A stretch of DNA of 55,472 bases from Folioceros fuciformis (GCA_049999805.1 JBNGIO010006162.1:192110-247581), one strand, 5' to 3'. Shown: positions 24,396-37,925, numbered from the stretch's first letter. Notes: generated by a model from the letters alone, not told the origin. A program made the numbers and translations.

Positions 24396-25299
24396 AAAGG
24401 ATTCTACTCTATTTGGATGTAGTTGAATCCATGCTCATTCGATTTACTACAAATTTTCCTCCATTCTTGGTGGAAATTTCTTCAAACATTGGTACAGTTC
24501 GCCAAGAGCTGCTTACAATGGCAAATGATTTGTCAAATCTCTCAGCTCACCTCAAACCCTTACCAATTTCAAATGTGTAGCCTGCAACTACGATGTATTT
24601 GGGTTAATTGGTACCCATCTAGGAGTGCAAGCCTAGTGCTGGTCCCTAGCCTAGTGCTCAATCACAATGAGGCTCAAGGGTTTAGATCTAAAGCGACATT
24701 TTACCATATCCAGGAGCTTTGCAAACTTGGTCTCTTGTTCTCAACCGGCACCCCTGATCAAGGTGCTTGTTGAGATAGACTTCCAGCCTGTACAAATTTT
24801 GGCCCAGCTTTTGCCAATGGTTGCTAATTTGCATTGCTTTTGGTCTCTTCTACCTCCACATTAGGTTTAAAACACAAGCTAGTTAGTTGTCACGGGATTT
24901 TTCTGGTTTTTAGGGTTTGGCACATCGGTTCAACTTTGCCTTACCACTTCACCAGCAACTTAAGTGCACCTATTTACGTAGGTTGTTTTTAGAAACCATT
25001 CTAGGCAGGAGGAGCTATAAACCAAAACAACAGTACGCTTGAACTAGGATAGCTCCTATCCCTTCTCATACTTGCTACTGTTCTATTTACAACTCCTACA
25101 CTCCCACATTAGGCACGTTACTGTACGTATAAAACACACCACTTATGATAGCATTATCTTAGAATGTGTCTCTGTTTGATTCTAATAGTTATTCAGATTT
25201 GGAATCCCTTACTTGGCTGTATTCCAATCCACCTCTTCCCATCATCTCTCCAGTGATTCCTCTCACAATAGGAACAAACGTAGCAACTGTGACTACCTC

Positions 25300-27040
25300 T
25301 GCTAGTTCATCATACTCAGGGGAGTTTAAGGAAAAGGATAGGTTTGATGGGACTCACGCTAGGTTTGAAGGATGGAGAGCTCGCATGAAGGCTAATCTCA
25401 ACACTTGCGATGGGAATATGCCGATGGTTCTCTCCCCGATCCTTCTAAGGTACCTGTTGCTTTAGGTGGGACAGGCCCTACACAAGCTGAGATTGACCAA
25501 TGGAAGAATGGCAACAAGATTGCTTACGCAATATTGCTTTTTGAACTTGATTCCACCATCATAGAGGTGGAGTTTCATGATACAGCAGCAGTACTGTGGA
25601 AACATCTGACGAACAAATATCAAGTACAAAATATTCTTACCTTGGTTGCTGCTTGTAATGTTTTTCATTCTCTGCGTTTGAAGGATGGCGATTCGGTTGG
25701 AGATATAATTCAACTTTTCATCTTGTGTAGCCTTTGTGTCCAGTTAGAATTCATCTCTTAGAGACTCATATGCTCTTGTAGCTACTGGAAAACCTGCTAC
25801 CATCAACTTTAATGAAGTGGTGGGAGCTCTCCTTCAAGAAGAGCAGAGTTGTAAGACTGGTGATCCGTCACGTCTCAGGGGTGACAAGGTCCTTTTTGTT
25901 GCAAGAGGAAAAGGCACTTGGAAGGGGAAAGATAATAAGAACAAGAAATTCAACAGCAATAATAACAATAATGGTCAGAATAAAAGCGGTAATTCTAATA
26001 CCTCATCTGGATCCACAAAACGCCAGGGCACCTGCAATTGGTGTGGCATTCCGGGTCACTGGGAAAGAGACTGCCGAAAGAAGAAATAGGGTGAACCAAA
26101 GCAGGAACCTAGACCTGAAGTACACGTGACATCCAAGGCTGGTCAAAATACAAAAATAGCACACAAGAGCAGCAGCTCAGTTCTAACGGTTTACCTTACC
26201 TTCTATCGAGAAAATTCTAATTACTGGTTTCTCGATTCTAGAGCTACTTCGCATGTGTGTAACAACCGTCTACTCTTTTCAACGTATTACAAACAAACAA
26301 TGACACTATCTATTGTTGGCGACTTGTGTGGCGTTGAGGTTAAAGGTGTGGGTGTCGTTAACATCTCTTTCCTAGATGGCACCTTCCTGCATCCAGAAGA
26401 CGTGTTGCATGTTCTAGCTATGAGTAAAAATCTGTTGTCCATAAGAGCCCTTTCTCAGAGTAAACCGTGTGGGTTCCGCTTCGAGGACAAAAAAATGTTA
26501 TATGTACCACCTGTCACACCCTAAGAAACATATAGCAAAAGCAATCCTGGTTAATGACTTGTACCAACTAGTTACAGTTGCTAAGTCTAAGGCTAGAGCG
26601 TTGCTTGCTTCACTTAGTGTTCAGGCTAACCTTTGGCATGCTAGGCTTGGGCATGTTAAGAGGTCTAAGTTAGACCTCATGTCAAAATTCAAGTCTCTAT
26701 CAAGAAAAACTGCCTAGCTGCTTCAAGCACTTGTCAACATGTTTTTCTTGTATCCTTTCAAAACAAAAGGAGCATCCCTTCAGAAACAAGGACCCTACTA
26801 GGCTAAAGAAATCCTGGAGCTTATACATGCTGACATTGCAGGCAAATTACCTGTTAAGAGCTTGGGTGGCGCTGAATATTATTTGTTACTTATTGATGAC
26901 TACTCCAAATAAACTTGCACCTTCTTGCTTAAGCTTAAAAGATATGCCTTTGAACACATCTCCAGTTGGATACACATGGTTCAGAGATAGACTGGAAAAT
27001 TAGTGAAGTGTTTCAAAACTAAATAATGGAGGGAAATTAC
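25300..27040 (+). mobile_element. Degenerate Ty1/copia gag-protease-integrase remnant with frameshifts and stops; RT/RNaseH absent
   Basis: UBN2-type gag (RFDGTHARFEGWRARMKA, TAAVLWKHLTNKY), zinc knuckle CNWCGIPGHWERDC, protease WFLDSRATSHVC, VLHVLAMSKNLLSI, GAG-pre-integrase LWHARLGH, CFSCILSKQ and integrase LELIHADIAG...YYLLLIDDYS. The order is PR then INT, as in copia elements. Confidence 0.92.
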
Positions 27041-28181
27041 CGGTCACAAATTTGATTACCTCGCTGGCTCGAGTTGAGTCACCATCCCCCGCTCTACTCC
27101 AAATCCCCGTCCCCTCAGACGGTGGCTTTGCCCTCGACTGCTGCACGCTCCCTAAGTTGTTGTTGCGCCTCCCGTTTTCCTCTCCAAATCAATGCTCCTC
27201 GACCCTAATGACCGCGCCGCCTGACTGTCGCTCCGTCCACCTGCATGCTTCAATCCTTTCTACCCTTCCCTAACTCCTTATCTTCGCGTAGACTACACCT
27301 CGCCTTGGTGTCTTGCCACTGCTTTCTCCCAATTGCGCTCTGCGACTTGAAGTCCTTCTTAACCCTCCGCTTGCCTTAGGCCCGCCACTAGGGTTGTTAA
27401 CTCCACCTTGGCCACATCGACACCCACCTAACTTAGCCACCGTGGGGGTGCCAGCCACTAGCCCCCCCTTGAGTGAGTGACCGTGGTGAAATACTTTCCC
27501 CTCCTCCTTATTTAGACTCTTGGTTAGTCCAATCCATCAAGATCCAAGGAACTTCCAACTTGTCCTTGTAGGCCATGAGTCGAGGTCGAGTGATTGCAAA
27601 AACAATCTTGCCACTGTCAAAGGAACTTCGAGTCTGGCCCTTTGCGATTGTCAAGACCCGAGGACTTGGTATTGGTAACCAAAACCTCGCCGGAGAGTGA
27701 ACTGCCATGGGCCAAGGAGCCTCTTGGGTATAAAAGGAACCACTTGGGCCGTATTCAGTCACTTTTTTGGTCAAAAAAAAAAAAACTACTAAGTCCTTGT
27801 TGTTCAATTAATTATTTCGAGGGGAGTTTCGACACCTACGATTATCTACACTCCCCATGAGGCATACCTTGGAATACTCTCCATGTAGTAACATACATCG
27901 GTTTAATAATCAGGTTAGGATCTAATTGTTGGCTATACATCTGCATTTCATCTTGTTTTTCCCGTTTGCTCACCTTCTTCCTGCTACCTTGTTCCGGAAG
28001 CTCCCCCCTTTCCCACAAGCTAAAGACCTCATCTAACTTGTGCTAGACATTTTGTTCATGGACAGAAACTTGGAGGACGATACATATCTATGCCCATGGG
28101 ACCTCGTTTGCAAGTTGTGACAGCAAGGTTCGTACAAGAAACTGGCTTATGTAATTGTGTTGGTGCACTTAATGGCTCATT

Positions 28182-28290
28182 TATTCCCTTGCACAAGAAG
28201 CCTTCTGCAAGATAGGATCATTCCCTTGCACAAGAAGCCTTTTGCAAGAGAGGATCATTCCCTTGCACAAGAAGCCTTCTGCAAGATAGG
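28182..28290. repeat. 38-bp tandem repeat x3
   Basis: ATTCCCTTGCACAAGAAGCCTT(C/T)TGCAAGA(T/G)AGGATC occurs three times. Confidence 0.9.
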
Positions 28291-28523
28291 ATCCTGCGGC
28301 ATATTGGTGTTGTAAGGAGATGCATGCTATTACACTACAGGCCATATGTGATTTCAATAAATTGTTCATTGATGTTTCTTGTATAGCACCTGCAAGGGTT
28401 CATGATCCTACGTTCCGAGAAAGTAGTAGTATCTGGCAACGGTTGAACATGCACAGGGTATGCACGAAGCCTGAGTTATCCATTCATAGACAACAAGTTT
28501 GCCCATACATTATTGGATCATGA
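28288..28523 (+). mobile_element. PIF/Harbinger (DDE_Tnp_4-type) transposase fragment
   Basis: YWCCKEMHAITLQAICDFNKLFIDVSCIAPARVHDPTFRESSSIW...PYIIG matches the Harbinger pattern Y.NRK.HS..LQAVCD....F.DV..GWPGSVHD..V...S. Confidence 0.8.
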
Positions 28524-28624
28524 AGGACCACATCCTAAGATAATCTTGTATTCAACGAAGCCTCTTATGTCCTCTTGGCCGCACTAGAACCTCCCTCCCC
28601 CCACTCACCAAGACCCCCTTCCAT

Positions 28625-28753
28625 GGCCCAGTTGTGGTCTGGCCTTGAAACAGCCCTATGGTTTTCCTAATACAAGCTATCATCTTTGGTGGCCCAGTTG
28701 TGGTCTGGTCTTGGAACAGCCCTACGGTTTTCCTAACACAAGCTATCATCTTC
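28625..28753. repeat. 66-bp tandem duplication
   Basis: GGCCCAGTTGTGGTCTGG.CTTG.AACAGCCCTA.GGTTTTCCTAA.ACAAGCTATCATCTT occurs twice. Confidence 0.9.
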
Positions 28754-29244
28754 GGCCAGGCTTTTACTCAATTCCTTTGCATAGATTTTACGCATTCAAT
28801 GCAAGAGCACTAGCAAATAGCTACATTAAGACAAACAAGGGCAAGCAACGACCACGCAAAGAAGGATTTTTTCCAAGACAAAGACAAGGAGGTAGGTCCT
28901 TTTGGTGAAGATGATGGGCCAATCCCTGGCATTCTTGAACATTCTGATTTAGGGGATAAAGATTCGGATGCTCAAAGAAATGTGCCTGCAAGGGAGATAC
29001 TATTTGACTATTTACCACCTAGTGAATCAATGGAGGTGCCTACAATCTGGTACTCATAAAAAACCTTCTCACAGGCGTTGACAAGCCATCAGCCGAACTA
29101 TGCATAGACCAAACCAAAACCTCCCACACTGCCACAAAAGCACATTTGTGTATAATAGGTGGAGGCGAGAGGTGCCAGTCGGCTAACCCATTTGGTACAT
29201 TTTGGAAACAATGATATCCCACTCACTAATCCATTTTAAATCAT

Positions 29245-29344
29245 GTTTCCTAGAAACTAAGCTTGCTTGATAAATCTATTTTTAAACTTGTCCTGTTTCC
29301 TAGAAACTAAGCTTGCTTGATAAATCTATTTTTAAACTTGTCCT
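29245..29344. repeat. 50-bp perfect tandem duplication
   Basis: GTTTCCTAGAAACTAAGCTTGCTTGATAAATCTATTTTTAAACTTGTCCT occurs twice. Confidence 0.9.
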
Positions 29345-29800
29345 TTATTTTTGTAATTAAATAAGAAGAACTTCATTGTGGTTGTTACCATCTACCTATT
29401 ATGTATTCACTGTTGCCATTCCATTCCTTATGACAACATTCAGGCAAGCACGTTTGACGCCCCTTAAGCGGAAGTGCAACAAGCATTTTTCCAAGGGCAG
29501 GGTACAAATAGGAAATGTATTTGCTCTTCTTAACTAGGGTTAAGGAGCACTCAAACTAGGGGACCTGGCGACCAAGTATGGCGAAATTATAATTTAGTAA
29601 AACTATGATCAAAATATTATTATTCGCCACAAAATGGTTTTGAATGCCCTTTTCATAACTCGGTACACCCTGCGGAGTGTAAAGATACAAATACAAAACC
29701 GAGTCAGGGACTGTTTAAAGTTGCCAGCTGACGTGGACGCAGTCCTGGCCGGAAAAGAAGCTGGTGTTCGATGTGAGGGCGGAGGAGGAGCCTCTCAGGC

Positions 29801-30632
29801 ATGGAGTGTGCAGTGGATGGCCTCATCGAGCAAGAACATGTAGCTGCGCTGGAGGTTTTGCTGCAAGCACTCTCTGGCCGCACGAAGGAAGTAATCAAGT
29901 CGCACGAGATTCGTCTGAAGAGCGGGCCGAATTTAGGAGCCGTGCCGTCGGAATTGCACCTTATCTGCGACCTCACACAGGGCGAGGGGGTGTGGAAAGG
30001 TAGATGGATTAGTGCTACTTGCTTGAATTGAGTTCCCGTGCTTGTCAAGACGGTGAGATGCGGACTGCGCTCAAGGTGATGTGCTTGTGTGAAGTCCGGC
30101 ATGTAGGAGGTGCTCTCAGAGGAGCAGGAGCGGAGCAGCTGCCCGCTCTCGTGCGCCATGTGCTGGAGTCCAAAATAAGCCCTAATGCTCTGCGCTTTCT
30201 CTACGTCCTGGGATTCAAGCTCGACTCTGAAACGCTCAAGACCGGCTCCTTGTTCCGTTTTTTCAGAGGAGTTCCGATCATTGCATCTGTTACAGCGGTG
30301 CACAAGATACCTAAGTTGCATTCCATAAGTGATGCGACTCAGTTCAATCCAGGTGTGATAGATGCCGAATTGTTTTTCAGAGACAACAGGAAGCCGTGAT
30401 CTGACGGGTTGATTGTTCGATTACAGGAATGCACTTGGTGGAGGTGAGAGCTACATCCACCGTGGAGAATTACAATGAAGCGGTGGGAGCTATGTCTGCG
30501 TTTGCCGAGCTCGTGGCTCCCCTCATAACCTTATCCAAGCCAGGGGTAGTAAGTGCAATTGTTCCAACTGCCGCTACTGCTGCTGCTACTCTCATGTCCA
30601 GAGAGGCTATCAAAGTAGAAGGTGACAAGTGA
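29801..30632 (+). CDS. MED18: Mediator of RNA polymerase II transcription subunit 18, 3 exons
   Basis: Exons 29801-29999, 30095-30352 and 30427-30632. Plant MED18 sequence: MECAVDGLIEQEHVAALEVLLQ, KSGPNLGAVPSEL, VRHVGGALRGAGAEQLPALVR, LSKPGVVSAIVPTAATAAATLMS. Confidence 0.93.
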
Positions 30633-30745
30633 GCTCGTGAAATATGATCTTGTAATGCTGCCCATGCAACAACGGTTTACGCTTCCCCCAATGTATATAA
30701 AAGGCATACACGAGTGCACCAGGCTCTGACATCCAGCCACATGCT

Positions 30746-33700
30746 TCACCTGTCACGCTCGGCTTCCTGAAGGAGGATCTCATAAATGTCCGTGCGGATT
30801 CTTAGATCCTTGTCGCGCATGATCTCCAAAAAATCAGACTGCTCTTTCGGACTCAGGACAGACTTCAGCTTCTTAAACCCGTCCATCCATAGGGACTTCG
30901 ACCTGCAACCAACAGGAGGATATAGATTCATGAGGCCCATCACATAAGATAACTAATACTGCATTGAGAAACACCATTAAGAGCGCCTGGAAACGCTTCA
31001 AAAGCATCCCCAAGATGGGCTTACCAGGGGCATGCATGAATTGCTCGAAAGAAAACCCTGCGTGCAGCATCTGGGTTGCGGGATACTTGAAGCTCGTATG
31101 CCAAGTACGTTCTCCACAGAACAACAGATTGTTCGGTTGGACTGCGCTCGAGTGCTCTTTCAAGGAAACCGAGTATCCTATGTGCTGAAGTAGGTCTTCC
31201 AAGCTCACAAGATATCGCAAAAAGCCCCAGTATTGTCGATGGAGTCCTGCCAAGAATCAACATACTGTTCAGCGGCCACTGGAAAGTACGACAGTAGAAG
31301 GCACTTTCCAGCGAAGACACAGGCAGAGAGCAACCCACCTGTTCATTTCGTCGTCAAAGAACCGACGGAGGTTGCTTATGAGACCACTGTGGCGAACGTA
31401 TACACCCAGAAGCCTTGGATTGAGAGGATACTGTACAAGGCCCCGTATGGCAATTCGCCGAACATGGGCTGGCTTCACAAGCTGTTTGCTACCTTCTAGC
31501 ATCTCAGCATAGCGTACAAAAAGCCTTTCACATTCCACGCTAGCTTGTCTTTTAACTGCAACAGACCACAATCAGCATGTGGTTGTGACTGCGGATTCAT
31601 GCTCGTTATCTAGTAAACAACTCAACTGGTTCAAAAAGACGAGTAAATTACCCGGTAGGTTCATTGCAAGGCTATCCTCAAAGACGGATGAAGCAGCTTC
31701 CCAGCCTGACCTGACGTGCTCAAACATGGCAGCACACGTTATGAGAGCTGATCCTCTCTCTGTCAACTCAGCTCCATGACATGACTGTCTGATCATGTGG
31801 AGGTGCTCGCCGTATCCCCTTTGAGCCCTCAATATGAATGCACCTGGTACTCCACCAGATTCAGAGAAAGGGGAGAACGTTCCTCCAACCCCTGCAGAGC
31901 AAAGTAGATGCAAAACACGCTGATTGGCAGTGGTTAACCCTTGCCATAGGTCCTGACCAGCCAGCTGAGACATCTCGATTTCCACATAGGAGAGATATAA
32001 AATGGGAGCATCCAGCTGGGCCTCCTGTACAGACCAGAAAACGTCACAAGTGCAAAACATAGCGACAAAGGACGCCATGGACTCACATGACGTAGAGCGA
32101 ACAAGTTACGGGAAAAAGGATTACCATTGAAATGGCAGGAAGGGATGTAAGAGTTGTGTCAAACACGCGTCGTGCCACTTCGATGTTTCCAAATGAGGCT
32201 TCAGTGCGGCCATACACACCCAAGAGAAGATGATCCTGCCATTACAGAACATGAAAACATAATCAATTGTTTCTGTCTGGCAAAGTTGTCCATGTTGCTT
32301 CATGCTACCTACTGAATGAGTATCTCTTGCCTGGCGATGGGTTTTGAGCAGCTTCTTGGCTAAGGCCCGCGTAGCAATTTCAGAGTTCTTGCTGTGACCC
32401 TCGGCTGCTGCGGTTGCTATGCCTTCAAATTTGAAAAGCAAGTCTTGTATGCCCTGATGATGAGAGCAGAAAGGCCTGAGGAGCTTCAGGCAGTTGCGTA
32501 CAAAGTTAGCCCGCCCTTCACCCTGCTGAAACCAGTCAGCATTTCCAACAAGATGTTCCAGCAACACATCCTCTGACTGAGAGTTTCCTTCACCAGCATT
32601 GAACCCTTGGAATTCCTTCAGTAGATCGGATGACAGACCTTCAGTTGCTTCCCATCTTCCCTTGAAAGACACAGAGTTCGTACAGCACCTGCAAGCAAGA
32701 CCGGAAACTCAGGATCGCTCTGTGCCATAAATTATCGTGTGCAAACTATCACCAAGAACTATCTATGTGTTCACTCACCAGTGAGATAGAGGCCCTCCAC
32801 AGAAATCAATGAATTGTCCAACAAGACTGAAACGAGCCTGCTCAGTTTCCAGTGAAAAGAGGTTTTCTCTAATATCCTCAAACAGCACCATGCTCTCTAG
32901 TTGCTCATCCTCAGCATCCGGTTCATCAACTGCTGCGCCATTTTCTGCTCTTCAATAGCAAAAAAATTCAATCACAGTTAAATTATAACACATGCACAAA
33001 GGGTTTTGCCACACAATGCAAACAGAGAACGACCACAAAGGCAATTGCAGACAAACACAGACACCGGCTGACTTAAGCGTTGCTGGCTTCTAATGGTTCT
33101 TCTCAGCAATGCTGAAGTGACCCTTACCAAGCTTTTTCCTGACCGGTAACCATTGTAAACTGCCTCGTCGTGCCTCTTCCTCCGACCACCTCTCCCAAAC
33201 ATATGGATCGTCCACTGGAACCTCCTTTGTTAAATCAATGCTCAAACCTAATTTCTCAAGTAGAGCCGCTTCATCCTCTATGGCATCCTCTTCCATATCT
33301 TCCAGATCATCCCCAGTCGTGTCTAGTTCTTCATCAGGTGGCCTTCTTGACAGACCATCCCCTTCAGCTATGCTGGAGGCTTCAGACCAGCCTGTCCAAC
33401 CACCAACGTCTTGGGCCTCCTCTTCTGCTTCTCTCTTTTTGGCTGCTTGGAGCTGCTCTTCTTCCCTCTCCAACCACAACGCCCACCCTAACGCACCATC
33501 CTCGCCAATGCGTGAGGCACCACTGTCCCAAAATGCCTCAAACAGCCTTTGCTTATTGTGCTCACTTAGTTGAATAGGAGGTGCAAAAATTGCAAACTCC
33601 AGCTCTGCCTGGAACATGCCAATCGCCAGCTCATGGTGGCCTGTTTGCCATTCAAACCGACATAAGTCCAGAAATATGGACACCATTGCTTGTTCAGAAT

Positions 33701-35604
33701 CCACATATTCTTGACTGCTAGCAGTATTTCCTGTTTTCTGCAAACGCGGACATGTTTTCCTTCAATGTCTGTAGTATACCTGCCTACCCACTACGTCAAC
33801 AAACACATTAAAAGGCTTACCTTAGAACGCAGCTGGTTGTAGACACCAGATAGGGCATGCAAAGCTTCAAGGTACCGCCTTCGCATTGCAGAGGCAGAAA
33901 ACTGGGAAAACTGTCCTTTGTGAAAACAAAGATATTCCCTCCACATTCGATAACTTCCTGGATGTCGTCTTACAGCCTGCTCCCACTTGGACAGCAGCAT
34001 AGAGGTATCTAACCGTTTTCTACAAGTTTCCAAGTAGAGAAGCAAGAGATCTTCACTGTCTGGATGTTGCTCAAGAGCTCTCTCCAAGATACATATCTTC
34101 TTGTCGACGGCTTGCTGGATGGCGGCTTTCTTGTGAGTAGACTGTACAAGTTCGTCCTGCCAAAAGGATCCAAGCCGCATGATACTTCAAGTGTCTACTA
34201 CAACTTGTATTATCATGATCACCACTGCAAGAATACCGCAAGAAAGTCAAATGATACCTGAAACAGTGCAAAGGCAGTCCATATAGATTCGTCATATGGC
34301 CTTTCACGAGTCAGCTGATTGAATTCCTTGGTCTTCCGATTCATGGATTCTTCCCAGCTTTCCTTCACCTCAGACCTGAACTTCTGCTCTTCTTCCACTT
34401 CCAAAGAAACGTAGGCATTCTCTACAAAAGTCCCCTCAGTCTTTCCTGCTCCTTGTGTTGAAGGCGAGTAGATACGGACACGTTTAAGATTGCTCTGTTT
34501 CTCCAAGGCCACAATTTTTGGATAGAAATAGCGAGCCACAGGTTTCAAACTGCCTTCCAGATCAAAAGAATTATCATCGTCCTCTGTAAAATCGAACTTC
34601 CGTTTTCCAGTTGAAAGATGCGCTCCATTTACAGCTCCATCAGTCCAACGGCGTCGGTAGTTGGCCACATCCATCCTGGATGTAGTGAAGAGACACATAA
34701 GCATTTTTGACTGCAGGAGATTACACAGGGCAGCATCACTAGATGGGTAGCATTGGCGAACTTGAAATCCTACCTGTAAAGACACCCAAAGGCAAGATTG
34801 TCCCTGTCCCCCCGAATATCAAAATAGTACACTTTCTGAGCATCAAGTTTCGAATCAGCCCAAGCAGAAACGGTAGATTTCCTCTCCACAGAGGTCCCTT
34901 GCAAAGATCCAATGGCTTTTTCATCCACGTAGCTGACGCCATTCTTGTGTCGAGCAGACCTCTTCTCCTCTTCTCTTCTCCGTCTTCGCCTTTTTCTCCT
35001 TTTATGCTGCCGAGGATCTTCTGCTTCATCGCTATCGTCCTCCGAAAGCTGCTCCTGTAAGTCATCAGCTGCAGCAGAAATTTCACCCGCTTGACCTACA
35101 CCCTCAACCTGTCCTACACCCTTCGCAGACACAGAAGGGGCAGGGACAAGGGTCTCTTGGAAGCTGAAATTCCGAAGCCACTCCGGAACATCTTCCTGGG
35201 ATAAACCAGCTTCCTGATGCATGCAACCAATCCTTCAATTGCCACCCCATCCATCAAGAACCTAACCTAACGCCATCCACCCCTCTGCTGACAGAAATTG
35301 ACGAGTCTCAAACAGCATTGCAATCGAATGCTCTAAACAAACAGGACAATTGACTTACACTCGCAGAAGACGGAAGCAAAGATGCAGCAGCAGCTGCTGC
35401 TGCTGGAGCTGAAAAGGACGAGAAACTTGTGAATCTGACTGCACCCGGATCCTGGGATGAATTCGCAAATGTGTTGCCTGCTTGTTGCGCCTTCGACAAG
35501 ATAGGGAACAAGGTCGAAACTGCCACCGCCTCCGATTCCGCGCCGGGAGTGCTCTCACCTTCTCCAGACGCCATAGCGTCGGATTCACCCACGGGAGGAA
35601 ACAT
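30746..35604 (-). CDS. NRDE2: Nuclear exosome regulator NRDE2 (HAT/TPR-repeat), multi-exon
   Basis: Motifs in order: YYFDIRGDRDNLAFGCLYR, KTKEFNQLTRERPYDESIW, KKICILERALE, LCRFEWQTGHHELAIGMFQAELEF, FEAFWDSGASRIGEDGALGW, RRVFFRAIHACPW, SKSLWMDG and IMRDKDLRIRTDIYEILL. They are separated by short introns. Confidence 0.93.
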
Positions 35605-35793
35605 AATTACCGGTAAAGCAATGTTTCAGTGTGTCTAACGTGGACGCTCACGGATGGCCGGATTCAGTGAGTGGCGTCCGGGCGTCAGGCCGGCCGTTTG
35701 TACCACGCTCTAGGAGTCTTCATTTCTTCCTATATAGGAAACACACATAACATTGCTTCATGGCCGCATACAGAGGGAGCCTGGGACCTGGAC

Positions 35794-37357
35794 ATGGCCG
35801 CTAAACTGGGCTCCGTGACCCAATGTGGGTCCTGTCGGCAGCCAATTGTACAGCTTGCTGCCTCTCAAGGCTTGCGCACATACGCACGAACAACCAGAAT
35901 GGCGGGCTCGCCTCAGGGCAACCGGAGCTTGGTGAGCACCCATGTCCCCAGAGCTGTTGCGTCGGAGTTGGGTACTGCCTCGGAGCTTAATGCGGGGATT
36001 GCCAAGTTTTACGACGCTTCCACCCCGGTCTGGGAGGATATCTGGGGAGAGCACATGCATCATGGGTACTACGACTCCCAGTCTTGGTCTCTCACCAGTT
36101 TCTCTGCAGCCGAGAGCCGGCAGGCCCAAGTTCGAATGATCGAGGAGACTCTCGCTTGGGCCGGCATATCAGGTGGGATGTGTTAGTGAGTCTTGTACAA
36201 TGACCGGAGGAGGCGGCGAAGTTGCTTTCCTGTGCTTACCATTGTCGAAGTGTGACGCACAGATCAGGAGGGAGAGAAGCCCAAGACGGTGGTGGATGTG
36301 GGTTGTGGAATTGGTGGCAGTGCCCGTCATCTGGCTAGCAAGTATGGTGCTACCGTGACGGGTATCACGTTGAGTCCAGTCCAAGCACAAAGAGCCACTG
36401 ATATCACTGCCTCCCGAGGACTGGCAAGTCAGGTGTGAGCTGGGGTCCGTGTTGCTCAATGAAGGGTGGGTAGGTGGGTTGATGCTGGCCTGACTGAAAT
36501 GTTTGTGGTTTCTTGTTGCAGGTTTCCTTTCAGGTGGCTGATGCATTGAATCAGCCTTTTCCAGATGGGCAGTATGATCTAGTGTGGTCCATGGAGAGCG
36601 GAGAGCATATGCCTGACAAGCAAAAGGTTGGAGCCCTTCCTCCAGAGGTGCTGCTTAAGCCTTCTATCCTGATTCTGACACCTGGCTCTACAGTTCGTTC
36701 AAGAGTTAGCACGAGTGACTGCACCTGGTGGGAAGATCATTATTGTGACTTGGTGCCACAGAGACTTGCTGCCTGGTGAAGCATCTATTACAGCGAGTGA
36801 AAAGGTAGTTCTGAAGCCTTAGTCCAGCATGTGACTCCTGGTTCCTGCACTCCAGAACTGTTTACCGTGGTGGTCTCTTGGTTGTTGCAAGTAGGCGTTG
36901 CTGGACAAAATCTGTGATGCGTACTACCTGCCAGCCTGGTGCTCAACGTCAGACTACGTGAAACTTGCCGAAAGCGCAGGTTTGTTGGTGAGTGGCCGAC
37001 CTTGAGTTCGTATCACCATTTTCCTGAGGAGGCAAGCTAATGCAGTTCCATCATCCTAACAGGAGGTGAGATCTGCTGATTGGTCTGACAAAATCACACC
37101 TTTCTGGCCAGCCGTCGTAGCCTCTGCTCTCACTTTCAGAGGCTTCGTGGGTCTCATCAAGTCAGGTAAGGCCTCACCTGCTGCCTCTGGGTCAACCCGT
37201 CACAGATTCAAGCTTCTGGAAACACTCCTAAGTCTAGTACATTGCTGCTGCAGGCTGGACCACGATTCGTGGTGCCATTGCCATGGCCTACATGATTCAA
37301 GGCTTCCAAAGAGGGCTCATCAAGTTTGCTCTCATCACAGGCCAGAAAGCACAGTAA
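35794..37357 (+). CDS. VTE4: Gamma-tocopherol methyltransferase, plastid, multi-exon
   Basis: Transit-peptide-like N-terminus, then GIAKFYDASTPVWEDIWGEHMHHGYY, SAM motif VDVGCGIGGS, FPDGQYDLVWSMESGEHMPDK, IVTWCHRDL, AYYLPAWCS and DWSDKITPFWPAV. The C-terminus is GLIKFALITGQK, with TAA at 37355-37357. Confidence 0.96.
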
Positions 37358-37836
37358 TAAAAGGCACAAGATTGAGACGTCTCCCCTCTCTTCTTCAAGA
37401 TTCTGCAACTGGTACGAGTCCCTATCTTGCTCCCAGGCAGGGCATCAAAGGAGGAACTTCATATATTCGTACCAAGGATAGGGAGCTAATGCTGTCACTC
37501 CCATGTGCAGACCATGTACGCAACATGTGGAAATAGATAGCTTTATAGAGCTCTACTCAAAACCGACTTCGACCGGGCTGAGTCACATCAGACTCTGATG
37601 TGAGTATTTACTGCTGACTCAGCCATTGCTGCTACACTAAACGAGCCAACATCATGTACCGGCACCTTTTGAAACTACATCCCCAAAAAAAGAAACAGTT
37701 ATCTGTCTGTTGAAGTATATAGGAACAAAGATATAGGGTTTCATGAAAATAAGCATACGTTGCATATTATTATACCCTAATCCTGAATCCTACTTACTAT
37801 ATAGGACTTCCCAAGCCGCGGTAAGCATTTTCCTGC

Positions 37837-37925
37837 GGGAAGTACACTGCTTCGCCAATTTTCGGGAAGTACACTCACTGCTTCGCCAATTTTTGGGAAG
37901 TACACTGCTTCGCCAATTTTCGGGA
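37837..37925. repeat. ~28-32-bp tandem repeat x3
   Basis: GGGAAGTACAC(TCAC)TGCTTCGCCAATTTT occurs three times. Confidence 0.85.
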
